Part shown: positions 52,216 through 61,385 of the stretch, one piece after another
Layout of the letters: each line of letters begins with the position of its first letter
Numbering within the stretch: the stretch's first letter is position 1
NCBI GenBank assembly: GCA_044229145.1
Contig: JBGATO010000005.1
Coordinates: 36,399-100,398, forward strand
DNA: 64,000 bases
From: Candidatus Eiseniibacteriota bacterium
GTDB taxonomy: Bacteria > Eisenbacteria > RBG-16-71-46 > CAZEPH01
Reading direction: 5' to 3'
Program-made: the position numbers and the translations under genes
Notes under the pieces: model-generated
What the model was told of the DNA's origin: nothing
Seen by the model: the letters and a program-made list of their open reading frames with translations, nothing else
Database searches by the model: none

Positions 52216-53421
52216 ATGCGCGGTGAACGACGCGCCGCGGTCGCGGCCGGCGCGATGACCGTGCTCGCCACGGCGGCAGGCGGGTGCGTTGTGGTGGTAC
52301 GGCGCCCGCCACTCGCGTACGGCGGCGTCGCGGCGGCAGGCGCGGTTCGCGCGCTCCTCGGCGCTTGGGCGGCGGCGGGCGCGACCCGCGGCGCGCTGCG
52401 GCGCGTCACGCGGCACCTCGCCATCTACCGCGCCGGCGATGTCCCGGCCGCCCCCACGGTGCGAGGCGCCGAGGGCGAAGCGCTCGACGAGCTCGCGCAT
52501 TGGGCGGCGCAGTGGCGCGACGAACGGCGCGGCGTGCAGGAGTCGCTCAATCTTGCGCGGCTCGCGCTCGACGCGCTCCCGGACGCCGTGTTGCTCCTCG
52601 ACGACGAGCGCATCGTCTCCGGCAATCCGGCAGCGGCCGCGGTGCTCGGCACGACACCGGAGCGCCTGCCGGGCTCCGACGCCGCCGCCTGGGAGATCGG
52701 CGCGTGGCTCACCGGCGACGCGCCCCGGTGGATCGAGCGCCGTTCGAAGGGCGCGCCGGGTCAGTGGGAATTGCGCCGCTATGCGATCGAGCGCGGCGGC
52801 CGCACGCTGATCGCCCTGGTGCTGAGCGATCGCACTCCGCTGGTGCGCCAGGTGGAGCGGCGCGCATGGGAGCGCATGCTGGCGGCGCTGCGTGGCAGCG
52901 ACGGGGTGCCGTTCGCGGCCGCGCGGCGCGACCCACGGCCGCTCACGCCACCGGCACCGCGGCGCGAGGCACTGGACGCGGCGCAGTGGATTCCCCGCGT
53001 CGCGGCGTGCTTTCCCCAGGTGCGCGTGGTGCCGGGCCCGCCGGCCACGACGCTCGGCGATGCCACCCAACTCGCGGATGCGCTGGCCGAGATCCTCGCC
53101 AACGCCGTCGACGCAACCGCCGACACCGGGGCGATTGCCCGCGTCGCCTGGCGCCGGACCGGCGAATGGCTCGAGATCCTGGTCGAAGATGAAGGCGATG
53201 GCCTGCCGCGCGACCTCGACGTGTTCGCGCCGTGCGTGACGACGCGCGGTGATCGGGCGGGATTCGGCTTGGCGGTGGCGCGGGCGCGCATCGAGGCGGC
53301 GGGCGGCTCGCTGACCGTCCTCCCGCGACCGGGCGATCGCGGCACGTTGGCACGGGTGCGCATCCCGCTACTGCACGAGACGGCCGGCGCCGCGCCGCGC
53401 GAGGGCGCGCCGGCGCGCTGA
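52216..53421 (+). CDS. Degenerate sensor histidine kinase (TM, PAS-like, HATPase) without a His-box
   Basis: EILANAVDA (N box), VEDEGDGL (G1), VFAPCVTTR (F), GFGLAVAR (G2); no His after ERRAWERML. Confidence 0.7.
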   Translation: MRGERRAAVAAGAMTVLATAAGGCVVVVRRPPLAYGGVAAAGAVRALLGAWAAAGATRGALRRVTRHLAIYRAGDVPAAPTVRGAEGEALDELAHWAAQWRDERRGVQESLNLARLALDALPDAVLLLDDERIVSGNPAAAAVLGTTPERLPGSDAAAWEIGAWLTGDAPRWIERRSKGAPGQWELRRYAIERGGRTLIALVLSDRTPLVRQVERRAWERMLAALRGSDGVPFAAARRDPRPLTPPAPRREALDAAQWIPRVAACFPQVRVVPGPPATTLGDATQLADALAEILANAVDATADTGAIARVAWRRTGEWLEILVEDEGDGLPRDLDVFAPCVTTRGDRAGFGLAVARARIEAAGGSLTVLPRPGDRGTLARVRIPLLHETAGAAPREGAPAR

Positions 53422-53425
53422 CGGC

Positions 53426-54490
53426 TCAGGCCGTCGGATGCGCCTTCATGTACGCCTTCACCGCGTCGATCGAGGCGATCGGCGTCGGATCGACACCGCG
53501 CAGGAACGCGAGGTACGTGCTGGCGTGATCGCCCAACAGCGCGAGGGACACCAAGCGCGCGAGGCGAGAAGCGCCGTCGCCGGCGATCTCGTGCACCGGG
53601 ATCCCGGCGGCCGCGAACACCGCACGCGTCGCACCGACCCGCGCGGCGAGCGCCGGATGCTCGTCGGCGTCGCGCATGAGGACGGCGCGGAACAGCGCTG
53701 GGGCGGGTTGATGCGTCAGGCCGACGACGTCGTTGTGGTGCATCTCCGGCAGTTGTGCGGTCCACGCCGGGAGCTTGGCGTTCTCGTTGATTTCGCCCCG
53801 CAGGCGCAGCGCGACCGCGGCGGTGGCGGCGGAGGTTGCGATCAGCAGCGGCAGGGCAGGCGACGGGCTGGCGTGCAAGAAGGCCGCCAGGGTCCGCGCC
53901 GGATTGTCGGGGGGCGCATCGAGCGCGTTGCGGCACGCGGTTTCGCCCGCGAGGCGCTCGGCCTCGTCGAATTCCGCGTCGAGTGACGGCACGACCCCGC
54001 TCGCCGACAGGGCCGCGAGCAGCGCGAACCAGGTCACGTACACCGCGGCACGCGGCGGACGGCCGCCCGGCACGCGGATGACCGGCCACCCGCGCGCCTC
54101 TGCAGTGGCGAGAAGCGTGCCGCCAGAGGTCACGCACAGGGGCGTGAGCGCGGGCGGCAGGGCGCGCAGGATCGTGAGGGTTTCCTCGGTTTCGCCCGAG
54201 TAGCTCGAAAGCACGACGAGGGCGTCGGGCGCCGGCGGCACCGCGAGCGTGTACCCGCGCACCACGCGCACGCGCGGCAGGTCTCCGCCGCGGCCTTCGA
54301 GCGCGGCCGCCAACAGGTCTCCGGCGATGGCCGAGCCGCCCATCCCGCACACCACGATCTCGGAGCAGCGCGCCAGCGGCAGGCGCACGGCGGCGCCGAG
54401 ACGGCGGCCGTCTGCCACGTCGCGCCCCGCCACCGCCAGCAATGCCATCATGCCGGATGCGTCGAGCGACTGCTCGGTGCTGCTCATCAC
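53426..54490 (-). CDS. Bifunctional phosphoglucose/phosphomannose isomerase
   Basis: CGMGGSAIAGD, SSYSGETEET, TSGG, PPRAA, INENAK, LPEMHHND, GVDPTPI. Confidence 0.9.
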   Translation of the reverse strand: MMSSTEQSLDASGMMALLAVAGRDVADGRRLGAAVRLPLARCSEIVVCGMGGSAIAGDLLAAALEGRGGDLPRVRVVRGYTLAVPPAPDALVVLSSYSGETEETLTILRALPPALTPLCVTSGGTLLATAEARGWPVIRVPGGRPPRAAVYVTWFALLAALSASGVVPSLDAEFDEAERLAGETACRNALDAPPDNPARTLAAFLHASPSPALPLLIATSAATAAVALRLRGEINENAKLPAWTAQLPEMHHNDVVGLTHQPAPALFRAVLMRDADEHPALAARVGATRAVFAAAGIPVHEIAGDGASRLARLVSLALLGDHASTYLAFLRGVDPTPIASIDAVKAYMKAHPTA

Positions 54491-54624
54491 CCAGATCTCC
54501 GTCCCTAAACGGCGGCGCGCCGGCGCACCGCGAAGTCCGCGAGGCTAGAGGAACCGCGCGCCGGAAACAACCGGGAGCGACGATCCGCACGGACCGCCGC
54601 TCCCCGCATTATCGGCAGGATGAC

Positions 54625-55683
54625 TCAGCGGTTGCGTCCCGAGTGGCCGAGCCATTCCAAGCCGTGCGCCCGGCTCTCGTCCCGGCCGGCCGGCGTCACC
54701 ACGATGAACTGCGCCTTGCGCTGCATTTCGGAAATCGTCGCCGCGCCGCAGTACGTGAGGCCGGACCGAATGCCGCCCATGACGTCGCGGATGACATCCA
54801 CCGCCGAGCCACGCACGGGCACCTCCATCGCCACGCCTTCGGCCGTCTTCCAATCGGCCATCTGGCCCATGAAGTCTTCCTGCGCCTCGCGCGAGGCCAT
54901 GCCGCGGAACACCTTCACGCGGTGCTCGACACCCTCGGCATCGCGACGCACCAACACCTCGCCCGGTGTCTCCTCGGTTCCCGCGAGCATGCCGCCGAGC
55001 ATCACGAACGACGCGCCGGCGGCCAGCGCCTTCACCGCGTCGCCCGGCGTGCGGATGCCGCCGTCGGCGATCAACGCGCGATCCACTTGGCGGCAGGACA
55101 TGATCGCCGTCAGTTGCGGCACGCCGAAGCCGGTCTTGATGCGCGTCGTGCACGCGCTGCCCGGGCCGATGCCGATCTTGATGACGTCGGCGCCTGCGGC
55201 GGCCAGATAGTCGGCGCCTGCGTAGGTCGCGACGTTGCCGGCGATCAGCACGATGTTGCCTTTGTACTTCTCGCGCAGCGTGCGGATGGTGCGGTTCACC
55301 AGCTTCGAATGGCCATGCGCGACGTCGACGCACACGATGCGCGCGCCGGCATCGATCAATGCTTCGGCGCGTTCGAGCCCCGCGTCCTCGACGCCGATCG
55401 ACACGCCGACCCGCGCGGGGTCGTCCGCCTTGCGCAGCTCGGCGACGTTCTGCTCGATGGTCATGAACCGGTGCAGGATGCCGAGCCCGCCGAGCCGCGT
55501 CATCACGTTCGCCATCTCGATGCCGGTGACGGTGTCCATGTTGGCGCTGACGATCGGCGACTCGAAGGCGATGTCCCCCATCGCGGAGCGCGCGGTGACG
55601 TCCTGGCGCGAGCGGATGCCGTTGTAGTTCGGCGTGAGCAGGACATCGTCGAAGGTGAGTCCGGTGGTGAGAGCGTTGTGCAT
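54625..55683 (-). CDS. IMPDH/GMP reductase family enzyme without CBS domains (probably GMP reductase)
   Basis: [48 protein letters not shown]. Confidence 0.88.
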   Translation of the reverse strand: MHNALTTGLTFDDVLLTPNYNGIRSRQDVTARSAMGDIAFESPIVSANMDTVTGIEMANVMTRLGGLGILHRFMTIEQNVAELRKADDPARVGVSIGVEDAGLERAEALIDAGARIVCVDVAHGHSKLVNRTIRTLREKYKGNIVLIAGNVATYAGADYLAAAGADVIKIGIGPGSACTTRIKTGFGVPQLTAIMSCRQVDRALIADGGIRTPGDAVKALAAGASFVMLGGMLAGTEETPGEVLVRRDAEGVEHRVKVFRGMASREAQEDFMGQMADWKTAEGVAMEVPVRGSAVDVIRDVMGGIRSGLTYCGAATISEMQRKAQFIVVTPAGRDESRAHGLEWLGHSGRNR

Positions 55684-55694
55684 GGGTCCTCGCG

Positions 55695-57347
55695 TCAGTA
55701 GCCGGCGGCGCAACCGTCCTTGCGGCTTTCGGTCGCGCCACAGTAGACCCCGGTGGCGGGGTCGCGCGCAATGGCTTGATACCCGCCGAAGGCGTCGACG
55801 AACGCGGGGGCGATGCGATGGCCGCGCCGTGCCAGCTCCTCGACGATCGTCGGGGCGATGCCAGGTTCGAGATGCAGTTCACCGCCGTCGCGCATGCGCG
55901 TCCCGGTCGGCTCGCTCGACCCGCCGTGATGGAACCGCGGCGCATCGCCGGCCTCCTGCGGATTCATGCCATGCTGGAGCAGGTTGAGCAGGATTTGCGG
56001 ATGCGCCTGGGCCTGCTGGTCGCCCCCCATGACGCCGAATGCCAGCCAGGGCTCGCCACGCCGCGTCACGAACGCCGGAATGATCGTGTGGAACGGCCGC
56101 TTGCCGGGCTCCAGCGCGTTGGGATGCGCGGGATCCAGCGCGAAGAGCGCGCCGCGGTTCTGCAATCCGTAGCCGAGCTCCGGCACCACGTAGCCGGAAC
56201 CGAAGCCGGTGTAGTTCGACTGGATCCAGCTCACCATCATGCCGTAGCGATCGGCGGTCGCCAGATAGGTGGTGTCGCCGTGGCGGAGCGCGCGCGGGTC
56301 GCCGGGCGGATCGTCGTCCGCGGCCCGTGCCGGGTCGAGGCGCGCGGCGCGCGCGGCGGCGTAGCGCGGATCGAGCAGCGCAGCCACCGGCACGTCGGCG
56401 AACGCCGGATCGGCGTAGTGCCGCGCGCGGTCGGCGTAGGCGAGCTTCTTCGCCTCGACGAGCAGATGCCAATAGTCGGCGCCGCCGCGCGCGTGGCGCT
56501 CGATGCCGGCGGCCGCGAGGATCTGCAACATTTGCAGCGCGGCGATCCCCTGCCCGTTCGGCGGCAACTCCCAGACTTCCACGTCGCGGAAGGCAATCGA
56601 CACCGGCGCATCCCAGGTGACATGCGGCTCGGCGAAGTCGTCCACGGTGAAGAAGCCGGCATGCGCGGCGCTGTAGCGCAGCAGCGCCGCGCCGATCGCG
56701 CCATCGGCCGCGAGCGCGGCCCGGCCGTCGCGCACCAGCGCGCGCAGGGTGCGCGCGAGTGCCGGATTGGCGAACCGCTCCCCCGCGCGCGGCGCGCGGC
56801 CGTCCGGCGCGAAGATCTCGGCGAATCCCGGCATGCGCCCGACCGTCGCATGGGCGCGCTGCCAGTCGTGCGCCATGATCGGGCTGACCGGCGCGCCTTC
56901 TTCGGCGTAGGCGATCGCCGGCGCCAACACCTGATCGAGCGGCAGCAATCCGAAGCGCGCGTGGAGCGCCAGCCAGCCATCGCCACAGCCCGGCACCGTC
57001 CACGAGGCTGGCGAACGCAGACCGATGGTGCCGTCGGCTTCGGGCGTCACCGCAGCGCGCGTCAGGGCCCGCGGCGCGCGCCCCGAGGCATTGCAGCCGA
57101 CCATCCGCTGCGCGACCGGATCCCACACCTGGGCGAAGAGATCGCCGCCGAGGCCGCAGCCCATCGGCTCGAGAAGCGCGAGCACCGCGTTGACGGCGAT
57201 CGCCGCGTCCACCGCGCTGCCGCCGGCGCGCAGCAGCGCGACGCCCGCCTGCGCGGCGAGCGGCTGCGCGGCCGCCACCATGCCGTGCGCGGCGTAGACC
57301 GGCGAGCGCGCGGCGGTGCCGCGGGCGGGATGATGGGGGGCAAGCAT
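55695..57347 (-). CDS. ggt: Gamma-glutamyltransferase family protein (no signal peptide)
   Basis: GGSAVDAAIA, GLGGDLFA, ELPPNGQG, GDTTYL (Thr nucleophile), KRPFHTIIP, GVMGG. Confidence 0.93.
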   Translation of the reverse strand: MLAPHHPARGTAARSPVYAAHGMVAAAQPLAAQAGVALLRAGGSAVDAAIAVNAVLALLEPMGCGLGGDLFAQVWDPVAQRMVGCNASGRAPRALTRAAVTPEADGTIGLRSPASWTVPGCGDGWLALHARFGLLPLDQVLAPAIAYAEEGAPVSPIMAHDWQRAHATVGRMPGFAEIFAPDGRAPRAGERFANPALARTLRALVRDGRAALAADGAIGAALLRYSAAHAGFFTVDDFAEPHVTWDAPVSIAFRDVEVWELPPNGQGIAALQMLQILAAAGIERHARGGADYWHLLVEAKKLAYADRARHYADPAFADVPVAALLDPRYAAARAARLDPARAADDDPPGDPRALRHGDTTYLATADRYGMMVSWIQSNYTGFGSGYVVPELGYGLQNRGALFALDPAHPNALEPGKRPFHTIIPAFVTRRGEPWLAFGVMGGDQQAQAHPQILLNLLQHGMNPQEAGDAPRFHHGGSSEPTGTRMRDGGELHLEPGIAPTIVEELARRGHRIAPAFVDAFGGYQAIARDPATGVYCGATESRKDGCAAGY

Positions 57348-57424
57348 GGCCGCGACGTTACCATCGCCGGCCTCGGGCGGCCAGGCGCCTCGCGACGGGC
57401 CGCGCTTCCTGCTAGGCTGCGCGC

Positions 57425-57883
57425 ATGTTCCGCGACACCCTCTACGTCCGCCTGCTCGGCCTCACGCGTATCCCGCTGATGGCGCTCGCCGCGCCGGATG
57501 TCGTCGCGCTGGACCACGCGCGCTGCACCGTCCGCATCCGGCTCACCTGGGCGACGCGCAATCACCTCGGGTCGATGTACATCGGCGCACTGGTGTGCGG
57601 CGCCGAGCTCTCGGCGGGCTTGCTCGCGCAGCAGCACATGCGCCGCGCGCCGCGGCCGGTGTCGCTCATCTTCCAGGACCTGCACGCCGACTTCTTGCGC
57701 CGTCCCGACGCGGCCTGCGAGTTCACCTGCGAGGATGGTGCGCTCGCCGACGATCTGGTGCGCCGCACCCTCGAGACCGGCGAACGCGTGTCGGCGCCGC
57801 TGACCGTCGTCGCGCGCGTGCCCTCCCGCGGCGACGAGCCGGTGGCCCGCTTCACCCTGACGCTCAGCCTCAAGGCGCGCTGA
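57425..57883 (+). CDS. Hot-dog fold thioesterase-like protein (DUF4442-like)
   Basis: TRNHLGSMYIGAL..GAE, SLIF.D..ADFL.R, FTLTLSLK. Confidence 0.8.
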   Translation: MFRDTLYVRLLGLTRIPLMALAAPDVVALDHARCTVRIRLTWATRNHLGSMYIGALVCGAELSAGLLAQQHMRRAPRPVSLIFQDLHADFLRRPDAACEFTCEDGALADDLVRRTLETGERVSAPLTVVARVPSRGDEPVARFTLTLSLKAR

Positions 57884-57965
57884 CCTCCGGCGCGGACGCT
57901 TGACGCTCTCGCGGACTCCCCTGACAATCCCGCGTCCCCACCCCAGTTTGCCCGACGGAGGTACG

Positions 57966-60653
57966 ATGCGGCCGACGCACGTTTCGCTGTGGTTCGCTCT
58001 GCTCCTGCTCCCTGGTTTCGCCGACGCCGCTCCGCGCCGCACGCGCCAGCCGGTCACCACGCCGCCGGCCGCGACCGCCGAGACTGCCGACCCGCTGCGC
58101 CTCAACACGCCAGTCGTTCCCACCTTCCAGCGCGTCGCGCTGACGGTCGACGCCCGCCGCCGCGAGTACTCCGGCACCGTCGACATCGACGTGCGCGTCC
58201 CGGCGGCCACCCGCACCCTGCGCTTCCACGCCCGCGACATGCGGACGATGGAGTTCACCTTGCGCGGCGCGAAGGGTGTGGCGATTCCGCTCACCTGGGC
58301 ACTCGGCACCTACGACATCGTCACCGCCACCGCGGCGCAACCTATCGCGCCGGGCAGCTACACGCTGCACGGCGACTTCACCACCGACTTCAATACCAAG
58401 GCGGTGTCGCTCTACCGGCTCGACACCGGCGGCCACGCGTACAGCTTCACGCAATTCGAGGCCATCGACGCGCGCGGGGCGTTCCCGTGCTGGGACGAGC
58501 CGCAGTACAAGATTCCGTGGCAGATCACGCTCACCGTGCCGCGCACCGACCTCGCGCTGAGCAACGCGCCGATCGTGCGCGAGACGCCCACCGGCGACAG
58601 CCTCAAGACGGTGGAGTTCGCGCGCACGCCGCCGATGCCGTCGTATTTGGTCGCGATGGCCACCGGGCCATTCGACACCATGAGCGTGGCCGGCTGCTCG
58701 ATCCCGACCCGCATCGTCACCGCCAAGGGCGCGCTGCCCAACGCGCGGCTCGCCGCGCAATTCACGCCGCCGGTGTTGGCCGCGCTCGAGAAGTACTTCG
58801 CCCGGCCGTATCCGTTCGCCAAGCTCGATCTCATCGCGGTGCCGGAGTACTGGTACGGGGCGATGGAGAATCCCGGCGCCATCACTTTCGTCGACAACAA
58901 CTTCTTGCTCGACGCAACCTCCGCGACGCTGAGCCGGCGGCGGTGGCTCGCCAGTACCATCGCGCACGAACTCGGGCACATGTGGTTCGGCGACTTGGTA
59001 ACGATGCGGTGGTGGGACGATCTGTGGCTGAACGAATCGTTCGCCGAGTGGATCGCGACGAAGATCACCGACCAGGTCTACCCGGAATTCGGCGCGGGCA
59101 TCGACCAGGAGCGCGGCGCGCAGCGCGCCTACGACACCGACCAGGCGACATCGACGCACGCGATGCGTCGGCCCGTGGTCGGCGACGTGAATCTCGACCA
59201 GCTCGCCGACGCGCTCGCCTATCGCAAGGGCGAGGCGTGTCTGCGCATGTTCGAGCAGTGGCTCGGGCCGGAGGCGTTCCGTCAGGGTGTGCTCGCCTAC
59301 CTGAGGGCGCACGAGTGGGGCAACGCGACGGCCGACGATTTGTGGGCCGCGCTGGCACAAACCTCCGGCGGCAAGGACGTGCCGCGCGCGATGGCGACCT
59401 TCCTCGACCAGCCCGGCGTGCCGCTGGTCAGCGTGACGCCGCTCGGCGACGGCACCGTGCGCTTGGCGCAGCGCCGATTCGCGCCGTACGGCGAATCCGT
59501 GTCGCCGCAGGTGTGGCAGATCCCGGTGACCCTGCGTTACCCGAAGCCGGGCGATCCCCACCACACGCAGACGGTGCTCCTCACGGACAGCGTCGCGGTG
59601 GTGCGGCTCGACGGGCTCGCCAGCGATCCTGCGTGGCTGATGCCGAACGCCGACGATTCCGGCTACTACCGCTGGTGGCTGCCGCAGGCCCCGCTCGTCG
59701 GCTTGCGCGAAGCGGCGACGCAGGTGCTCTCGGCGCGTGAACGCATGGCGCTGCTCGCCAACCTCCACGCGCTACTCGACGCGGGACTCCTGCACGCGGA
59801 CGAATTCATGGCCACGGTCGGCCGCGCGGCGGGCGATGTGTCGCCGGACGTCATCGGCGTTGCCGCGGGATTGGTCGATGACGTGCGGCAGCCGTTCATT
59901 ACCGAGGACCTCCGCGCCCCGTTCGCACAGTGGGTGCGCGCGTCCTTCACGCCGGCCATCGAGCGGCTCGGCCGCACGCCGCGCGCCGGGGAGGACGAGA
60001 AGGTCGGCGAAACACGCGCCGCCGTGCTCTCGCTGCTCGCCCGGGATGGCGACGACGACGCCACACTCGCTTTCGCCGACTCGCTGGCGCGTGTGTTCCT
60101 GCGCGATCCGCAAGCGGTGGATCCGGCGTTGATCGAGTTCGCCCTCGGCGGTGCCGCGCGGCGCGGCGACCGGGCGTTGTGGGAAACCTACAAGGAACGC
60201 TTCGAGAAGGCCGCGACACCCGCGGATCGCAATCGTTTCCTGTTCGCGCTCGGGCGGTTCCGCGATCCGGCACTCGTCGCGGCGACCCTCGAGTATCAGT
60301 TGTCCGGCCCGCTGCGTCCGCAGGAGTTGCTGCGCCCGACCATGTCGATCGGCGCCGATCCGCGCTTCGAAGACCAACTGTGGCGGTGGATGACCGAGCA
60401 CTACGACGCGATCGCCGGGCGGCTCCCACCGGCGTTCCGGCACTTCCTCGCGTTCTTCGCCGGCGGATGCGAGCAGCAGCGCTTCTTGGCCGCCAAGGCC
60501 TTCTTCCAGGAACCCGCGCACAACGCGTCCGGCACCGAGGAGACGTTGAAACAAGTCGAAGCCGGCGTCCGTGACTGCGCATCGCTCCGCAGCCGCGAAA
60601 GCGAGCGGGTGCGATCGTTCCTCGGCGCGCCGCCCGCAGGCAGCGGCCAGTGA
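57966..60653 (+). CDS. Secreted M1 aminopeptidase with ERAP1-like C-domain
   Basis: TQFE..DAR.AFPCWDEP, GAMENPG, HELGHMWFGDLVT..WW.DLWLNE. Confidence 0.95.
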   Translation: MRPTHVSLWFALLLLPGFADAAPRRTRQPVTTPPAATAETADPLRLNTPVVPTFQRVALTVDARRREYSGTVDIDVRVPAATRTLRFHARDMRTMEFTLRGAKGVAIPLTWALGTYDIVTATAAQPIAPGSYTLHGDFTTDFNTKAVSLYRLDTGGHAYSFTQFEAIDARGAFPCWDEPQYKIPWQITLTVPRTDLALSNAPIVRETPTGDSLKTVEFARTPPMPSYLVAMATGPFDTMSVAGCSIPTRIVTAKGALPNARLAAQFTPPVLAALEKYFARPYPFAKLDLIAVPEYWYGAMENPGAITFVDNNFLLDATSATLSRRRWLASTIAHELGHMWFGDLVTMRWWDDLWLNESFAEWIATKITDQVYPEFGAGIDQERGAQRAYDTDQATSTHAMRRPVVGDVNLDQLADALAYRKGEACLRMFEQWLGPEAFRQGVLAYLRAHEWGNATADDLWAALAQTSGGKDVPRAMATFLDQPGVPLVSVTPLGDGTVRLAQRRFAPYGESVSPQVWQIPVTLRYPKPGDPHHTQTVLLTDSVAVVRLDGLASDPAWLMPNADDSGYYRWWLPQAPLVGLREAATQVLSARERMALLANLHALLDAGLLHADEFMATVGRAAGDVSPDVIGVAAGLVDDVRQPFITEDLRAPFAQWVRASFTPAIERLGRTPRAGEDEKVGETRAAVLSLLARDGDDDATLAFADSLARVFLRDPQAVDPALIEFALGGAARRGDRALWETYKERFEKAATPADRNRFLFALGRFRDPALVAATLEYQLSGPLRPQELLRPTMSIGADPRFEDQLWRWMTEHYDAIAGRLPPAFRHFLAFFAGGCEQQRFLAAKAFFQEPAHNASGTEETLKQVEAGVRDCASLRSRESERVRSFLGAPPAGSGQ

Positions 60654-61303
60654 GCGCACCGCTCCGCGCCGTCGTGTTCGACATGGATGGCGTGCTGCTC
60701 GACAGCGAACCGCTGCACCACGCGGTGATGAACCGCGTGCTCGCGCCGGAGGGCGTGGTGGTGAGCGAGGCGGACTACCGCGCGTACATCGGCACCACCG
60801 ACGACGACACATGGCGCGACCTCGTCACGCGGCACCGGCTTCCGCAGCCGCAACACGCATATCAGGCCGCCTACGACGACGCCATCCAGGAGGCGTACGC
60901 TCTGCACTCCGTGCCGTCGCCTGGGCTCCACGAATTGTTGGCGCGGCTCGCGGCTCGCGGCCTGACGTTGGCGGTGGCGTCATCATCACGGCGGACGTGG
61001 GTGGAGGCGGCGTTGCGGCACCTCGCCGTGCGCGACGCGTTCGACGTGGTGGTCACCGGGGACATGGTGGCACGCGGAAAGCCGGACCCCGAGATCTACC
61101 AACTCGCCGCCGCGCAGCTCGGGGTCTCGCCTGCGGCGTGTATCGCGATCGAGGACGCGCCCAAGGGCGTCGCCGCGGCGGTCGCCGCCGGCATGCAGGT
61201 GATCGGTGTCCGCACGCCCTACACGGCGCACCTCGCCCTGCCCGGCGCCTCTCACGTGGTGGACGCGCTGCTCGACATCGACGGCATCCTTCCAACCGCC
61301 TGA
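60650..61303 (+). CDS. HAD family phosphatase (beta-PGM-like subfamily IA)
   Basis: FDMDGVLLDSE, VASSS, GKPDPEIY, IEDAPKG. Confidence 0.92.
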   Translation: MSAPLRAVVFDMDGVLLDSEPLHHAVMNRVLAPEGVVVSEADYRAYIGTTDDDTWRDLVTRHRLPQPQHAYQAAYDDAIQEAYALHSVPSPGLHELLARLAARGLTLAVASSSRRTWVEAALRHLAVRDAFDVVVTGDMVARGKPDPEIYQLAAAQLGVSPAACIAIEDAPKGVAAAVAAGMQVIGVRTPYTAHLALPGASHVVDALLDIDGILPTA

Positions 61304-61327
61304 GCGCCGCCCGTCCCGCACGCAATG

Positions 61328-61362
61328 CCGAAGGGGCCGCCCCTCGCGGGACGGCCCCTCGG
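61328..61362. terminator. Hairpin between convergent genes
   Basis: CCGAAGGGGCCGCCCC-TCGC-GGGACGGCCCCTCGG. Confidence 0.65.
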
Positions 61363-61385
61363 TTACAGCGAACCGCGGATCGAGC

